Shown here: positions 49,528 through 59,542 of the stretch, one piece after another
How positions within the stretch are numbered: position 1 is the stretch's first letter
Layout: every line of letters begins with the position of its first letter
Assembly: GCA_963724295.1 (NCBI GenBank)
Contig: CAVRUC010000013.1
Coordinates: 512,001 to 576,000 of the forward strand
Direction of reading: 5' to 3'
DNA from: an uncultured Chloroflexia bacterium
Lineage (GTDB): Bacteria; Chloroflexota; Chloroflexia; Thermomicrobiales; UBA6265
DNA: 64,000 nucleotides
The notes under the pieces: generated by a model
The model's input: only the letters and a program-made list of their open reading frames with translations
Databases searched by the model: none
What the model was told of the DNA's origin: nothing
Position numbers and translations under genes: made by a program

Positions 49528-50664
49528 ATGAATGCCAGGCAGTGGGCAGGAACGCGCCCCGCACGAGGCCTCCTCATCGTCCTCTGCCTGCTCTTGCAGG
49601 CGCCGCTGCTCGGGTCCACTGGCGCGAGGGCGACGCAGACCGCGCCGCCGTCCCGGTCGCTGGACCCGGCATGCATCCGCTTTGACGATCCCAACGCGGT
49701 GGTCAACGGTGAGATCGTCTACGCGGCGTTCACCGCCTACGAATTTGGTCTCGACCACGCGGTCGACGCCTGGTCCCCGGCGCGGGGTTTCGCCGTTGCC
49801 TTCCGGGAGGCGGTCCCCATCGGCGACGCGGTTCCTGAAGAAGCAAATCTGATCTACCGCGACGTGGAGATTCCCGGGTCCGCGTTCAAGGGGGTGACCG
49901 TGACCTGGGCTCACGCCCCGGCGACGGTCACGCTCAACCGATCGATGCTCCCATCTCCCGAGACGACCGATCCGCTGGAGCAGGAGCTGATCCGGGCGGT
50001 GGTGACCCATGAGACCGGGCACGCGCTGGGATTGGGCGACGTTCCGACGCCCGGCGTCAACATCCGTGAGTGCGCGAATATGCTGATGAAGCGGAGTGTC
50101 GACAAGGGCGGCGGGCACTTCACCGCGCCGCAACCGGCGGACATTGCCCTCTACTGCATGCGGTGGGGCGGAGCCATCTGCGGTAATCAGCCGGCGCCGA
50201 TCGTGACGCCGGACCCGAAGCAAGGGTCGGAGCTGGAGGCGCACGCTTTCGCCTCACCAGCCCCGGCCGTCCAGAGCCAGACCACGACCGCGTATCGCTA
50301 TCTCGTCGTGACGTGCGAATCGATCCCGGAAGGGGTCATCAAGCCCGATCAGGTCGAACGCGACGAGCTGCTCCTGGACTCCGGCAGCCGGTGCGTCCGC
50401 GCGCCGGCCGGCGTCTTGTTCCACGTGCACCTGAGCGATGGCGCCACGTCACTGGCGCTGACCGATCGCCGCGGCGAGTTTGCCGTTCAGAAGCCGAATG
50501 GCATCGGCGTCGAGGTTGACATGCCTGAGGGCGTGAACGGCAGGTTCCCCTCGCTCCTCGGCTACCAGCCGCTGGACGTCTTCGACCGTATCCCCGCCGA
50601 CGATCCCGCATGCCAATCTGAGACAGTGGAGGTCTGCAAGCGCGTCTATGTGCTGGTGCCGTGA
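49528..50664 (+). CDS. Exported metzincin (matrixin/snapalysin-like) metalloprotease
   Basis: HETGHALGLGD zinc motif and downstream NMLM Met-turn. Confidence 0.75.
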   Translation: MNARQWAGTRPARGLLIVLCLLLQAPLLGSTGARATQTAPPSRSLDPACIRFDDPNAVVNGEIVYAAFTAYEFGLDHAVDAWSPARGFAVAFREAVPIGDAVPEEANLIYRDVEIPGSAFKGVTVTWAHAPATVTLNRSMLPSPETTDPLEQELIRAVVTHETGHALGLGDVPTPGVNIRECANMLMKRSVDKGGGHFTAPQPADIALYCMRWGGAICGNQPAPIVTPDPKQGSELEAHAFASPAPAVQSQTTTAYRYLVVTCESIPEGVIKPDQVERDELLLDSGSRCVRAPAGVLFHVHLSDGATSLALTDRRGEFAVQKPNGIGVEVDMPEGVNGRFPSLLGYQPLDVFDRIPADDPACQSETVEVCKRVYVLVP

Positions 50665-50689
50665 GCGAGGGATCAGTAGGGAGGGAACT

Positions 50690-51883
50690 ATGAGCGTCGT
50701 TCAATGCGGTTGTAATCAGTTTCGCTGGCGGCGGTTGGTCACACGTCGTCATCTCCTCAAGAGCGGCGCGGGTCTGGCCGCGCTCGGGCTGCACCTGCCC
50801 GCGTCACGCTTCGCGGCGCTGGCGCAAGAGGCGACGCCGGACGGAGCGCGCAATGGACTGGCGATGATTCAGGGCCAACATCCGTCCCCGGTCATCAATG
50901 GCTCGTACGTCAGCCCGCTGGTCGAGATCTACGGCGAGGTCGAGATCGGCCAGCGCTCCTTTATCGCCGGGAACACCCTGCTCTACGCCGCCGAAGGTGT
51001 TCGCATTCACCTGGGTCATGAGAACAATTGCCAGGACAATGCATACCTGTTTGCGCGCGAGCAAAACCTCAGGTTCGGCGACATGGTCTCGATCGCCCAT
51101 CAGGCGGTCATCGAGAACTCGATCGTCGGAGACTTCACCTTCTTCGGTTTCCGCTCCCGCACCCGCAACTGCGAGATCGGCGAGGGCGCGATGGTCATGC
51201 ACAACACGACGGTCGAGAACGTCGTCATCCCGCCGAACCGGATTACTCCGCTCGGGGTCCGCATTACGACGCAGGCCGAGGCGGACGCCCTACCGGAGGT
51301 GACTGACGCCAACGACGAGTTCAAGCACGGGGTTCAGGAGGTCAACATCGCCTTTGTCGAGGGCTACACCGCCCTCTTCGAGCAGCTTGGCCGCGACGGA
51401 GTGGAAGGGATTGGTCCGAACCCCGTCACGGATTTCAATCCGGTCTCGGTCTCCCCGCAGATCGGCGAGGGCGTCAGTCTCGCTGAGCTCGTCCGCATCA
51501 CGGGGGACGTGCGGCTCGGGGAGGGAAGCACCGTCGGCCAGCGCTCCGCGATCCGCGCCGACGAAGGGACGCCGATCGTGATCGGGCGGCGCGCCCGCAT
51601 CCGGAGCCGCGTCACGTTCCACGCTCTCGAGCACACCAGTGTCGAGGTCGGCGACAACGCCCAGATTGGAGACGGAAACGTCATCCATGGCCCTGTCAGC
51701 ATCGGCGACAACTTTGTCGCCGAAGACGATTGCGTCGTCTTCCAGGCCACGGTGGAAAACAATGTGACGGTCCGCACTGGCGCCACGGTCGCCGGCGAGT
51801 TCGTCCTCCGCGAGGGCACGATCGTTCCTGAAGGTGCGGTCGTCACCAACCAGGACGAGGCTGACGCGCTGCCTATCCGCTGA
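50690..51883 (+). CDS. Tat-exported tandem gamma-carbonic-anhydrase-like (LbH) protein
   Basis: TRRHLLK twin-Arg signal; two LbH domains each ending Q.EADALP; NCQD, AHQ, IRADEG, FHALE and IHGP motifs. Confidence 0.85.
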   Translation: MSVVQCGCNQFRWRRLVTRRHLLKSGAGLAALGLHLPASRFAALAQEATPDGARNGLAMIQGQHPSPVINGSYVSPLVEIYGEVEIGQRSFIAGNTLLYAAEGVRIHLGHENNCQDNAYLFAREQNLRFGDMVSIAHQAVIENSIVGDFTFFGFRSRTRNCEIGEGAMVMHNTTVENVVIPPNRITPLGVRITTQAEADALPEVTDANDEFKHGVQEVNIAFVEGYTALFEQLGRDGVEGIGPNPVTDFNPVSVSPQIGEGVSLAELVRITGDVRLGEGSTVGQRSAIRADEGTPIVIGRRARIRSRVTFHALEHTSVEVGDNAQIGDGNVIHGPVSIGDNFVAEDDCVVFQATVENNVTVRTGATVAGEFVLREGTIVPEGAVVTNQDEADALPIR

Positions 51884-51966
51884 TTGCCGACTCGCTCGAG
51901 AAGGCGCGGAGTCGAAATAGAGTAGTGTTTCACGGGCGGGGTAGTGGAGTTGAGCGTGGTGGGTCA

Positions 51967-53179
51967 ATGGCTGATTTCGATCTCGCGGTGATAGGCGGGG
52001 GCATCGTCGGGTTGTCGACGGCGATGCAGATGACGGAGCGGTTTCCGGGGATCTCCGTCGCGGTGCTGGAGAAGGAGCCCGCGCTGGCGCGCCATCAGAC
52101 CGGGCGCAACAGCGGGGTCATCCACGCCGGTGTCTATTACCAGCCGGGAAGTCTCAAGGCCCAGTTCTGTCGCGAGGGCGTGGAGGCGACGACGCGGTTC
52201 TGTCGCGAGCGGGGCATCGCCTACGAGCAGTGCGGCAAGCTGTTGGTGGCTACCGAGCCCGCGGAGCTTCCCCGCATGGAGGCGCTCTACGAACGCGCCC
52301 GCGCCAACGGCATCGACATCGAGCGCCTGGACAAGGCGGAGGTCGCCCGGCGCGAACCGCGTATTCGCGGGCTGGCTGGGCTCTTCGTCAAGACCACCGG
52401 CATCGTCGACTACGCCCAGGTCGCCAAGGCGATGGCCGGCGTCGTCGCCGAGCGCGGCGGCGCGATTCTCACCTCGAGCGAGGTGGCCCACGTCGAGGAG
52501 ACACCTTCGGGCGTGACCCTCGACGTGGGAAGAGATCGCATCAAGGCCCGGCACGTCATCGCCGCGGCCGGTCTCCAGGCGGACCGGATCGCGCGGTTGT
52601 GCGGCGTCGACGTCGATTTCCGCATCGTGCCCTTCCGGGGCGAGTACTACCGGCTAGGGGCCGACAAGGACTCGCATCGTCAACCATCTGATCTACCCCA
52701 TCCCCGACCCGGAGCTGCCCTTCCTCGGTGTGCACCTGACCCGCATGATCGGCGGCTACGTCACGGTCGGGCCGAACGCGGTCCTCGCCTTCGCGCGGGA
52801 GGGCTACGGCTTCGGATCAGTCAGCCTGCGCGACCTGCGCGAGATGGCGACATTCTCCGGCTTCCGCCGGGTCATCCGGGACAACCTGAAGTCCGGGGCG
52901 CTGGAGATGGCCAACTCGCTGCTGAAGTCACGTTATCTGGCGCTCTGCCGTCGCTACTGCCCGGAGCTGGAGCTGTCAGACCTCTCGCCCTATCGCTCCG
53001 GTGTGCGCGCCCAGGCCGTGCTGGCGGACGGCACCATGGTCCACGATTTTCTGATCGGCGAGACGGACCGCACCATCCACGTCCTGAACGCTCCCTCGCC
53101 GGCGGCGACCTCCTCCATCCCCATCGGCCGCCACATCACCCGGCTGGCGGAGCAGAAGTTCGCCTGGAAAGCGGCATGA
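51967..53179 (+). CDS. lhgO: L-2-hydroxyglutarate oxidase, frameshifted near 52675
   Basis: HQTGRNSGVIHAGVYY, PFRGEYY, GVRAQA and NAPSPAATSS motifs. Confidence 0.9.
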
Positions 53180-53188
53180 CGCTGGAAC

Positions 53189-53340
53189 GGCGTCTGACGA
53201 GTCGGAGGTCGGAAGTCGGAAGTCGGAAGTCGGAAGATCGGTCCGCCGGCTATCAGCTGTCAGCTATCAGCTATCGGTCTCTTCTCGTTCTAGCCGTCTA
53301 GCCGACTCACCGACTCACCGACTCACCGACTTACCGACTC
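53189..53340. repeat. Composite short-tandem-repeat element, second copy
   Basis: GGCGTCTGAC-(GTCGGAR)n-(GCTATCA)n-(ACCGACTY)n. Confidence 0.8.
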
Positions 53341-54636
53341 TCGTCGCGTCCACGCCGCTGCCGCCTCGACCCGACTGACGTCGTACTCCACCCTCAGAGC
53401 CTTCTGGACTTCGACCAACAGGGCCGACGCCTGCTCCCGCAATGGCTCTTGTTGGGTAACGGAAACGCGCGCCGCGACCGCCCCCAACGTTGTCATCAGG
53501 TGCGTGGCGACGAGTGCGTCTCCCGCCCCATAGTGCCGGATCTGGGTGAACGCCACGTCAATCAACCGCGCAAAGGACGGACCTCGTAGCACGACACGCC
53601 CGCCGCTGGGACCTGCTAGCACTTCGGTTTCGTCGCGGCTGGCGGCGCGAACCAGGAGCTGACCGAGACGGTCGATGCACAACGTGGCCGTGGTCGGGTC
53701 GTTGACGGCCGGTGACAGGGCCCGCACCGCGATGTCGGCCAGCTGCCGAATCCCCAGCTCGACGTCTTGCTGGCGCGTTCGCTCAGGGCCGAGCACAAAG
53801 GCGGCGCGCAGCCGCTCCTCCAGGTCCGGCTCGACCATCCCCTGAGGCCAGACGGTCGCCAGGGGTGCGCCGGACAGAAGAAAGCTCCCCACCGGAGCCT
53901 CGGTTCGCACCACCAGCCCTCGCATCCCGGCTGCCGCCAGTAAGGCCCCGGCGTCGATCGCCTCCAGGTAGCCGTCTCCGTGCGACGCGATGGTCTCCCC
54001 GGGCTCCGCTGGTAGCGCCGGCCCAGCCAACGCGGGAGCGTGGTCGTCATGAGCCTCGCCGGCGAGCGGTTCGGCGAGCAGATCCAGAGTGTCGTGAGTG
54101 ACACGCTTGATGATGACGGCGACCTGCACGGAGCGGGCGACGTGGTTGATGGTGTAGATCATGAAGCCAATGCTGACCAGCGCCAGCACGATGGCGACGG
54201 CGACCGCGGTGACCGGCACGAATCCCGGGCCGCCTCCATTCTCATCCGACGAACGCACGGCCCGCAGAACGATCAGCGCGTACGTGAAGGTGCCCAGGAA
54301 GACCCCGAGCACGACCTGCGTGCCGCGGTCTCCGGTGAGATTGCGCATCACCCGCGGTGTGAACTGAGCGGAGGCGATCTGCAAGACGACGATCGTCAGG
54401 GAGAAGACGACGCCGAGGACGGAGAGCGTCGTACCGGCGATGGCGAAGAGGACACCCCGAGCCCCATCCGCGCCTCCGACAGCCCAGGCGTCGCGGCCCT
54501 GGGTGTCGAGTCCGAGAGCTCGATCGGCGCGCAGCAGCACCAGGGCCAGCGCGGCATACGCCAGGGCGATCACCGTCGGGGTGAACCAGAGGCTGTCGAG
54601 CAGGTCGCGCTGCAGGGCCCGCAGGCGTGCCGGCAC
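53323..54636 (-). CDS. DUF2254 family membrane protein
   Basis: SLWFTP, QFTPR and DIAVRALSPAVNDPTTA motifs. Confidence 0.9.
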   Translation of the reverse strand: MPARLRALQRDLLDSLWFTPTVIALAYAALALVLLRADRALGLDTQGRDAWAVGGADGARGVLFAIAGTTLSVLGVVFSLTIVVLQIASAQFTPRVMRNLTGDRGTQVVLGVFLGTFTYALIVLRAVRSSDENGGGPGFVPVTAVAVAIVLALVSIGFMIYTINHVARSVQVAVIIKRVTHDTLDLLAEPLAGEAHDDHAPALAGPALPAEPGETIASHGDGYLEAIDAGALLAAAGMRGLVVRTEAPVGSFLLSGAPLATVWPQGMVEPDLEERLRAAFVLGPERTRQQDVELGIRQLADIAVRALSPAVNDPTTATLCIDRLGQLLVRAASRDETEVLAGPSGGRVVLRGPSFARLIDVAFTQIRHYGAGDALVATHLMTTLGAVAARVSVTQQEPLREQASALLVEVQKALRVEYDVSRVEAAAAWTRRESVSR

Positions 54637-54911
54637 GTGGTGCTCCCTCTACGACGAGTCTGGCGGCGCCATGATCCGACGTTGCGAACCATGCCCCAAC
54701 GCGGCCAGGTGCCGCAACGACCCGAGCGCGGCATCGGTCATGCGGTCCCCCGCCTCCGGCGCGAGCCGGCTCAAGTGCGACCTATCTTAGAGGGAACGTG
54801 GCGATTGACGCGGGAGCCTGGCACACAGAGATCTGTGACCAATGTGGGTGGACCGCGCGTTTCTCGAACCCCGCTACCCGCCTACAGTGGGTGACGGACA
54901 GGGGAGGCGAT

Positions 54912-55010
54912 ATGAACACATTGCTATGCCGGGTGCTCGGTCATCGCAGAGCGCGCGTGGTCTTCTCAACCAACCGGTTCTACTGCGCTCGCTGCGGTCT
55001 CGACTTATAA
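54912..55010 (+). CDS. 32-aa putative zinc-binding microprotein (DUF1660-like)
   Basis: GGGGAGG RBS; LLCRVLGH...CARCG. Confidence 0.6.
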   Translation: MNTLLCRVLGHRRARVVFSTNRFYCARCGLDL

Positions 55011-55083
55011 CCGAGAGGGCGCTCGGTGGAGCGTGATCTCTGCAACGGAACCGGTCCACCACGCTCTCCGAGCGTGGTGCGCT

Positions 55084-55920
55084 TTACTCCGCCCGGCGCC
55101 GTGAGAAGCGGCGAATCTGGCTGAGGATGGTCGGGATGAAGAGTGCGCCGACGATGACGAAGGTGATGAGCGTCGTCAGCGTCCCCAGAGCGTAGAGATC
55201 CGGCTCGATGATCTGCACGGTCAGCATTGCCCACAATTGCAGGGGCAACGTGTTCTGAGAGGTGGCGAGCACGCTCCGCTCGAACTCGTTGAGCGAGAGG
55301 GTGAAGCCGAAGAGCGCGGCGCTGAGAACGCCCGGCCAGATGATCGGGAAGACGACCTCGAAGAACGTGCGCAGCTCGCCGGCGCCGAGATCGCGCGCCG
55401 ACTCCTCGATACCGGGATCGAACCGGTTGAGGACTGCCACCATGACCAGGAACGCGAACGGCAGCGCCCAGACAACGTGCACGCCGAGCAGTGAGAGGTG
55501 ACCCGGCTGCATATTCAGGAGCCGCCACCACAGGCTGACCCCCAGACCGAGCAGGATCCCGGGTGTCATCAGTGCCAGCAGCACCGTCGGGAAGAGCAGT
55601 CTCGTGCCGGGCAGCCGCCGCCGGTAGGCGAAGGCGATGACCAGGCTGAAAGCCGCCGCGATCAGGCCCGTCTCGACCGCGACGACGAGCGTGCGTACGA
55701 TCGCCTCTCCCAGCTCCGATGCGCGCTCGCCGAAGAGCCGCTGCCACCAATGCAGACTCACGCCCTTCAGCGGGAATGTCATGCCGCCCTGCGGTCCCTG
55801 GAAGGAGAGCACCGCCATGATGATGATCGGTCCGTAGAGGAAAAGCAGGATCAGAGCGAAGTAGAGACCGAGACCGACGTTGAGCCACCTCCCGCCCTGG
55901 AGGCTCTTGGTCCGTCCCAT
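55084..55920 (-). CDS. Polyamine-type ABC transporter permease (PotC-like)
   Basis: FLYGP and EESARDLGA motifs. Confidence 0.9.
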   Translation of the reverse strand: MGRTKSLQGGRWLNVGLGLYFALILLFLYGPIIIMAVLSFQGPQGGMTFPLKGVSLHWWQRLFGERASELGEAIVRTLVVAVETGLIAAAFSLVIAFAYRRRLPGTRLLFPTVLLALMTPGILLGLGVSLWWRLLNMQPGHLSLLGVHVVWALPFAFLVMVAVLNRFDPGIEESARDLGAGELRTFFEVVFPIIWPGVLSAALFGFTLSLNEFERSVLATSQNTLPLQLWAMLTVQIIEPDLYALGTLTTLITFVIVGALFIPTILSQIRRFSRRRAE

Positions 55921-56843
55921 CAGAGCCCCTCCGCGATCCGCCCATAGCGGAAGAGGACAGCGACCCCGGCCACCGTGACCAGGACCAGGATGCTGGCGGC
56001 CGCGGCGGCCTGCGGAAACTGGATGTAGGTGACGAAGTTCTGGATACCGAGACCGACCGAGCTGGTCTTACCGCCCCCGATCAAGCGCACGGTGGCGAAC
56101 TCACCCATGCTCAGCACGAAGACGAAGACCGCGCCGATCACGATCCCCGGTCGCGCCAGGGGCAGCAGAATCTCGGTCAGCATGGCCCACCAGCCGGCGC
56201 CGGAATCGCGAGCTGCCTCCAGGATCGCGGGCTCGATCGTGGAGAGCGAGAAGAAGATCGGCGAGACCATGAAAAGGAGATAGAGCTGGATCATCGCCAC
56301 CCGCACGGCAAAGTCCGAGAAGAGCAGGAAGTCGAGCGGCTGCGCGGTGATCCCCAGGTTGAGCAGAGCGGAGTTGAGGAACCCTTCGCGACCCATCATC
56401 GGGATCCAGGCAATCGCCCGGATCAGGAAACTGGTGAAGAACGGAGCCAGCAAGATGATGAACAGCGCGAACTTCCGCCGCAAGTCGGGCACCACCAGCG
56501 CCAGGTAATACGCCACCCAGAACCCGAGCAGGAACGTCACCACGGTGGTGATCACGGCGTTGAGGACCGTGTTGCCCAGGGTGCGGATGAAGACGTCCGA
56601 GTCCGCCAGGAGCCGGTAGTTGTCGAGCGTGAAGACGCGGTTGAAGCCGCTCAGCGTCGGCTCGAAAAAGCTGACGACGAGCACGACCACCACCGGGATG
56701 ATCAGGAATGCCAGCAGCCAGGCGACAGGGAAGGCCAGCAGCAGCGCCCAGGCGCTACCCGCCGCCAGGCGTAGGCGGGAGGCTGCAGCCGGGGGCGCGG
56801 CGCGGGTATCCGCCGCGACGCTAGGCGAGGAGGAGCTGGACAT
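55920..56843 (-). CDS. Polyamine-type ABC transporter permease (PotB-like)
   Basis: PFFTSFLIR and EAARDSGA motifs. Confidence 0.9.
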   Translation of the reverse strand: MSSSSSPSVAADTRAAPPAAASRLRLAAGSAWALLLAFPVAWLLAFLIIPVVVVLVVSFFEPTLSGFNRVFTLDNYRLLADSDVFIRTLGNTVLNAVITTVVTFLLGFWVAYYLALVVPDLRRKFALFIILLAPFFTSFLIRAIAWIPMMGREGFLNSALLNLGITAQPLDFLLFSDFAVRVAMIQLYLLFMVSPIFFSLSTIEPAILEAARDSGAGWWAMLTEILLPLARPGIVIGAVFVFVLSMGEFATVRLIGGGKTSSVGLGIQNFVTYIQFPQAAAAASILVLVTVAGVAVLFRYGRIAEGL

Positions 56844-57978
56844 CCTCAGGCTCCCACTCCAGGCGGACCGGCTCGCCTTCCACCAGACCCTCCCAGGCGC
56901 GGACGTTCTCGGCTCGCTTCGCCACGACCGTCCGCCCATTGGCAAGGCGGCAGTGCAGCTTCACGATGTCACCCAGGTATTCCAGGAAAATGAGCGTGGC
57001 GAGGACCTGATTTGGTCGCTCCCCAGGCACGGCGCCATCGCCGAGCGGCGGCTCGGCGGAGACGCTGCCGGCCCGTACCGACGCGTGGAGGTTCTGCCCG
57101 ACGGCAATGCCGGCTCCGTCGTGGCGAGCCAGGAGCCTCAGGCCATCGCCTTCGATCCAGACCTGACCGTCGGCGATCGCGCTGACCTGACCCGGTACGA
57201 CGTTGTTGTCCCCCATGAACCCGCTGGTGAAGAGGTTGGCCGGGTGCCGGTAGACATCCTGCGGTCTCCCCACCTGCTGGATCCGCCCGTCCTGCATCAC
57301 CACGATCTGATCGGCGATGGCCAGCGCCTCCTCCTGGTTGTGGGTGACGTGGATGAAGGTGATCCGCAAGCGGCGCTGCAACGCGCGTAGCTCGACCCGC
57401 ATCCGCAGCTGGAGCAGGCGGTCGAGGTCGCCCAGCGGCTCGTCGAGGAGCAGCACCGTTGGCTCGGTGACCAGGGCGCGGGCGAGCGCCACCCGCTGCT
57501 GCTGCCCGCCGGAGAGCTGGCGGGGTCGCCGCTCGGCCATTGACCTGAGATCCAGAAAGTCGAGCGCTTCTTCCGCCCGCCGCCGCCGTGCCTCTCGCGG
57601 CAGACCCCGCATCTTGAGACCGAACTCCACGTTGTCCCGCACGGACTTGTGCGGAAAGAGCCCGTAGTGCTGGAAGACGGTCGAGATGTCGCGGCGGGCT
57701 GGCGGGACGTCGTTCGTGCGGATACCGTCCAGGAGGAACTCACCCTCGTCGATCGTGGCATGGCCGCCGAGCATCCGCAGCAGCGTCGTCTTGCCGCAGC
57801 CGGAGGGACCGAGCAGCACGACGTAGCTGCCGCCAGGCACAGTCAGGTCGACCTGATCGACCGCCGTGATGCCCTCGAACCGCTTGGTGACGCCGCGCAG
57901 GACGACCGTGCCCTTACCGCTCTCCGTGGCAACGGAATCCGCGGCTGGGGTCTGTTCCCGCGTCACGACGGCCGCCAT
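56821..57978 (-). CDS. Polyamine-type ABC transporter ATP-binding protein (PotA-like)
   Basis: [16 protein letters not shown] and LLLDEP motifs; TOBE C-terminus. Confidence 0.93.
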   Translation of the reverse strand: MAAVVTREQTPAADSVATESGKGTVVLRGVTKRFEGITAVDQVDLTVPGGSYVVLLGPSGCGKTTLLRMLGGHATIDEGEFLLDGIRTNDVPPARRDISTVFQHYGLFPHKSVRDNVEFGLKMRGLPREARRRRAEEALDFLDLRSMAERRPRQLSGGQQQRVALARALVTEPTVLLLDEPLGDLDRLLQLRMRVELRALQRRLRITFIHVTHNQEEALAIADQIVVMQDGRIQQVGRPQDVYRHPANLFTSGFMGDNNVVPGQVSAIADGQVWIEGDGLRLLARHDGAGIAVGQNLHASVRAGSVSAEPPLGDGAVPGERPNQVLATLIFLEYLGDIVKLHCRLANGRTVVAKRAENVRAWEGLVEGEPVRLEWEPEDVQLLLA

Positions 57979-58041
57979 TGCTCGCCTCTCGATGGTTGAG
58001 CGCGGGCCGCGATCCGGCCCGCGCCTCGAAGGTACCGATTA

Positions 58042-59406
58042 TCAGGACGCCAGGAACTCGTTCCACTTGCCGACGAGATACTGATGCTCGTCCATGATCG
58101 AGTTCCAGACCGCGATGTTGGACATCCGGGTCTCGTAGCTTCCGCCGTCGCGGACCTCGCCCTTCTTGGCCACAACGCCACCGTCCGGCGCCAGCATGTC
58201 CTCGGCCGCCGGCTGGCCACCGTACCAGTAGTCCCACTCGGCCTGGGAGAGATGCTCTTTGGCATTTTCAGGAATCGAGAAGTAGTAGCCCTGGCGCGCA
58301 ACCAGCGCGCCGGCCCACCCATTCATCCACCAGTCGATGTACTCGTAGATCGCGTCGAGCGTCGCGCCGGAGGCCTGGGCATTGATCATCATTCCGCCGT
58401 GCCAGCCGCGATAGCCTTCTTGCGGGCTGGCGTAGATGACCGGGATGTCGTTGGTGCGCAGCGCCGTCACCGCCGGCGACCACATGCTCTCGACGACGAC
58501 CTCGCCGCTGGCCATCAGGTTGACCGACTCGTCGAAGGAGTTCCAGAAGGCGCGGAACTGCCCGGCCTGCTTCTGCTCGATGAGCAGATCCATAATCGTG
58601 TCGATCTCCTCCCGGGTCATGTTGCCGATGTCGTCGAAGGTGGTGAGCCCGGCGGCCTGCGCTCCGAGGGCCAGGTCCATGAGACCGGTTGAGGGATCGT
58701 TGAGGAGGCCAACCTTTCCCTTGTAATCGGTGTCATAGAAGATCGCCCAGGACTTCGCATCCTCGCTGTCGACAACTTCGCTGTGATAGCCGAAAGCGTC
58801 GACATTGTGGGTCAGCGGCAGCATCGAGACCTGCTCGGTCGGGTCAGAGAGGAGCGAGCCGTCGGGCTGGACGTAGAGGAGCCGCACCGGGGCGTCGCCG
58901 GCGCCGACCTTGGCCTCCTCGTTGATCTTGCCGACCGTGGTCAGGGGCGAGACGTTCTCCCACTGCGGCAAGCGAGTGACGTCGACCGGCTGGCAGACCC
59001 CGGCGCCCCAGACGATCTTGACCGAGTTGAACCACTGGTCATAGATGTCCCAGGCCTGCGGCTGCGTGACGGCGATTTGTTGTGCCGTCAAGCCGTCCTT
59101 GACGTCGTATTGCAGGGTGATACCCAGATCTTGCTCTGCCTGCGCCTTGATCGGGTCGAGCAGGCTGACGCCGGTGCCGACCACGCGCAGCGTCGTTCCC
59201 TGCAGAAACGCCGGCGCCGGGAATGTCGACCGCTTCGTTCCAACGAGCGGACTGGCGCCGATCGCGCTCGTGCCGGCGTGGGCGCCAAGCGCCGCCGCGG
59301 CGAGAGCCGCCGAGCCCTTGAGCAACGATCGTCGCGTCACCGCGGGCTGCTCTGGCTGCACGTTGGCGGGATGCGAGGACGTATCCGACGAACTCTTCCT
59401 GTTCAC
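58042..59406 (-). CDS. Tat-exported PotD/PotF-family substrate-binding protein
   Basis: TRRSLLK signal; GQFRAFW, SMWSPA and EGYRGW motifs. Confidence 0.88.
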   Translation of the reverse strand: MNRKSSSDTSSHPANVQPEQPAVTRRSLLKGSAALAAAALGAHAGTSAIGASPLVGTKRSTFPAPAFLQGTTLRVVGTGVSLLDPIKAQAEQDLGITLQYDVKDGLTAQQIAVTQPQAWDIYDQWFNSVKIVWGAGVCQPVDVTRLPQWENVSPLTTVGKINEEAKVGAGDAPVRLLYVQPDGSLLSDPTEQVSMLPLTHNVDAFGYHSEVVDSEDAKSWAIFYDTDYKGKVGLLNDPSTGLMDLALGAQAAGLTTFDDIGNMTREEIDTIMDLLIEQKQAGQFRAFWNSFDESVNLMASGEVVVESMWSPAVTALRTNDIPVIYASPQEGYRGWHGGMMINAQASGATLDAIYEYIDWWMNGWAGALVARQGYYFSIPENAKEHLSQAEWDYWYGGQPAAEDMLAPDGGVVAKKGEVRDGGSYETRMSNIAVWNSIMDEHQYLVGKWNEFLAS

Positions 59407-59542
59407 GACGTTCCTCCTTCTGGTGACTCCGCATCGTCAGCGCGGCTCCCTTGCCGCGCACTCCGACAGCTCCCGCGCAATACCCCCTTTGTCTCGTGCG
59501 CGCATCGGCGCGTCCCGGATCGACCATGCTTCGGTCTCGACA

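Noticed and set aside
44525..53340. Tandem short repeats as a CRISPR array
   Set aside because: The units are 7-8 nt with no unique spacers, and no cas genes are present.
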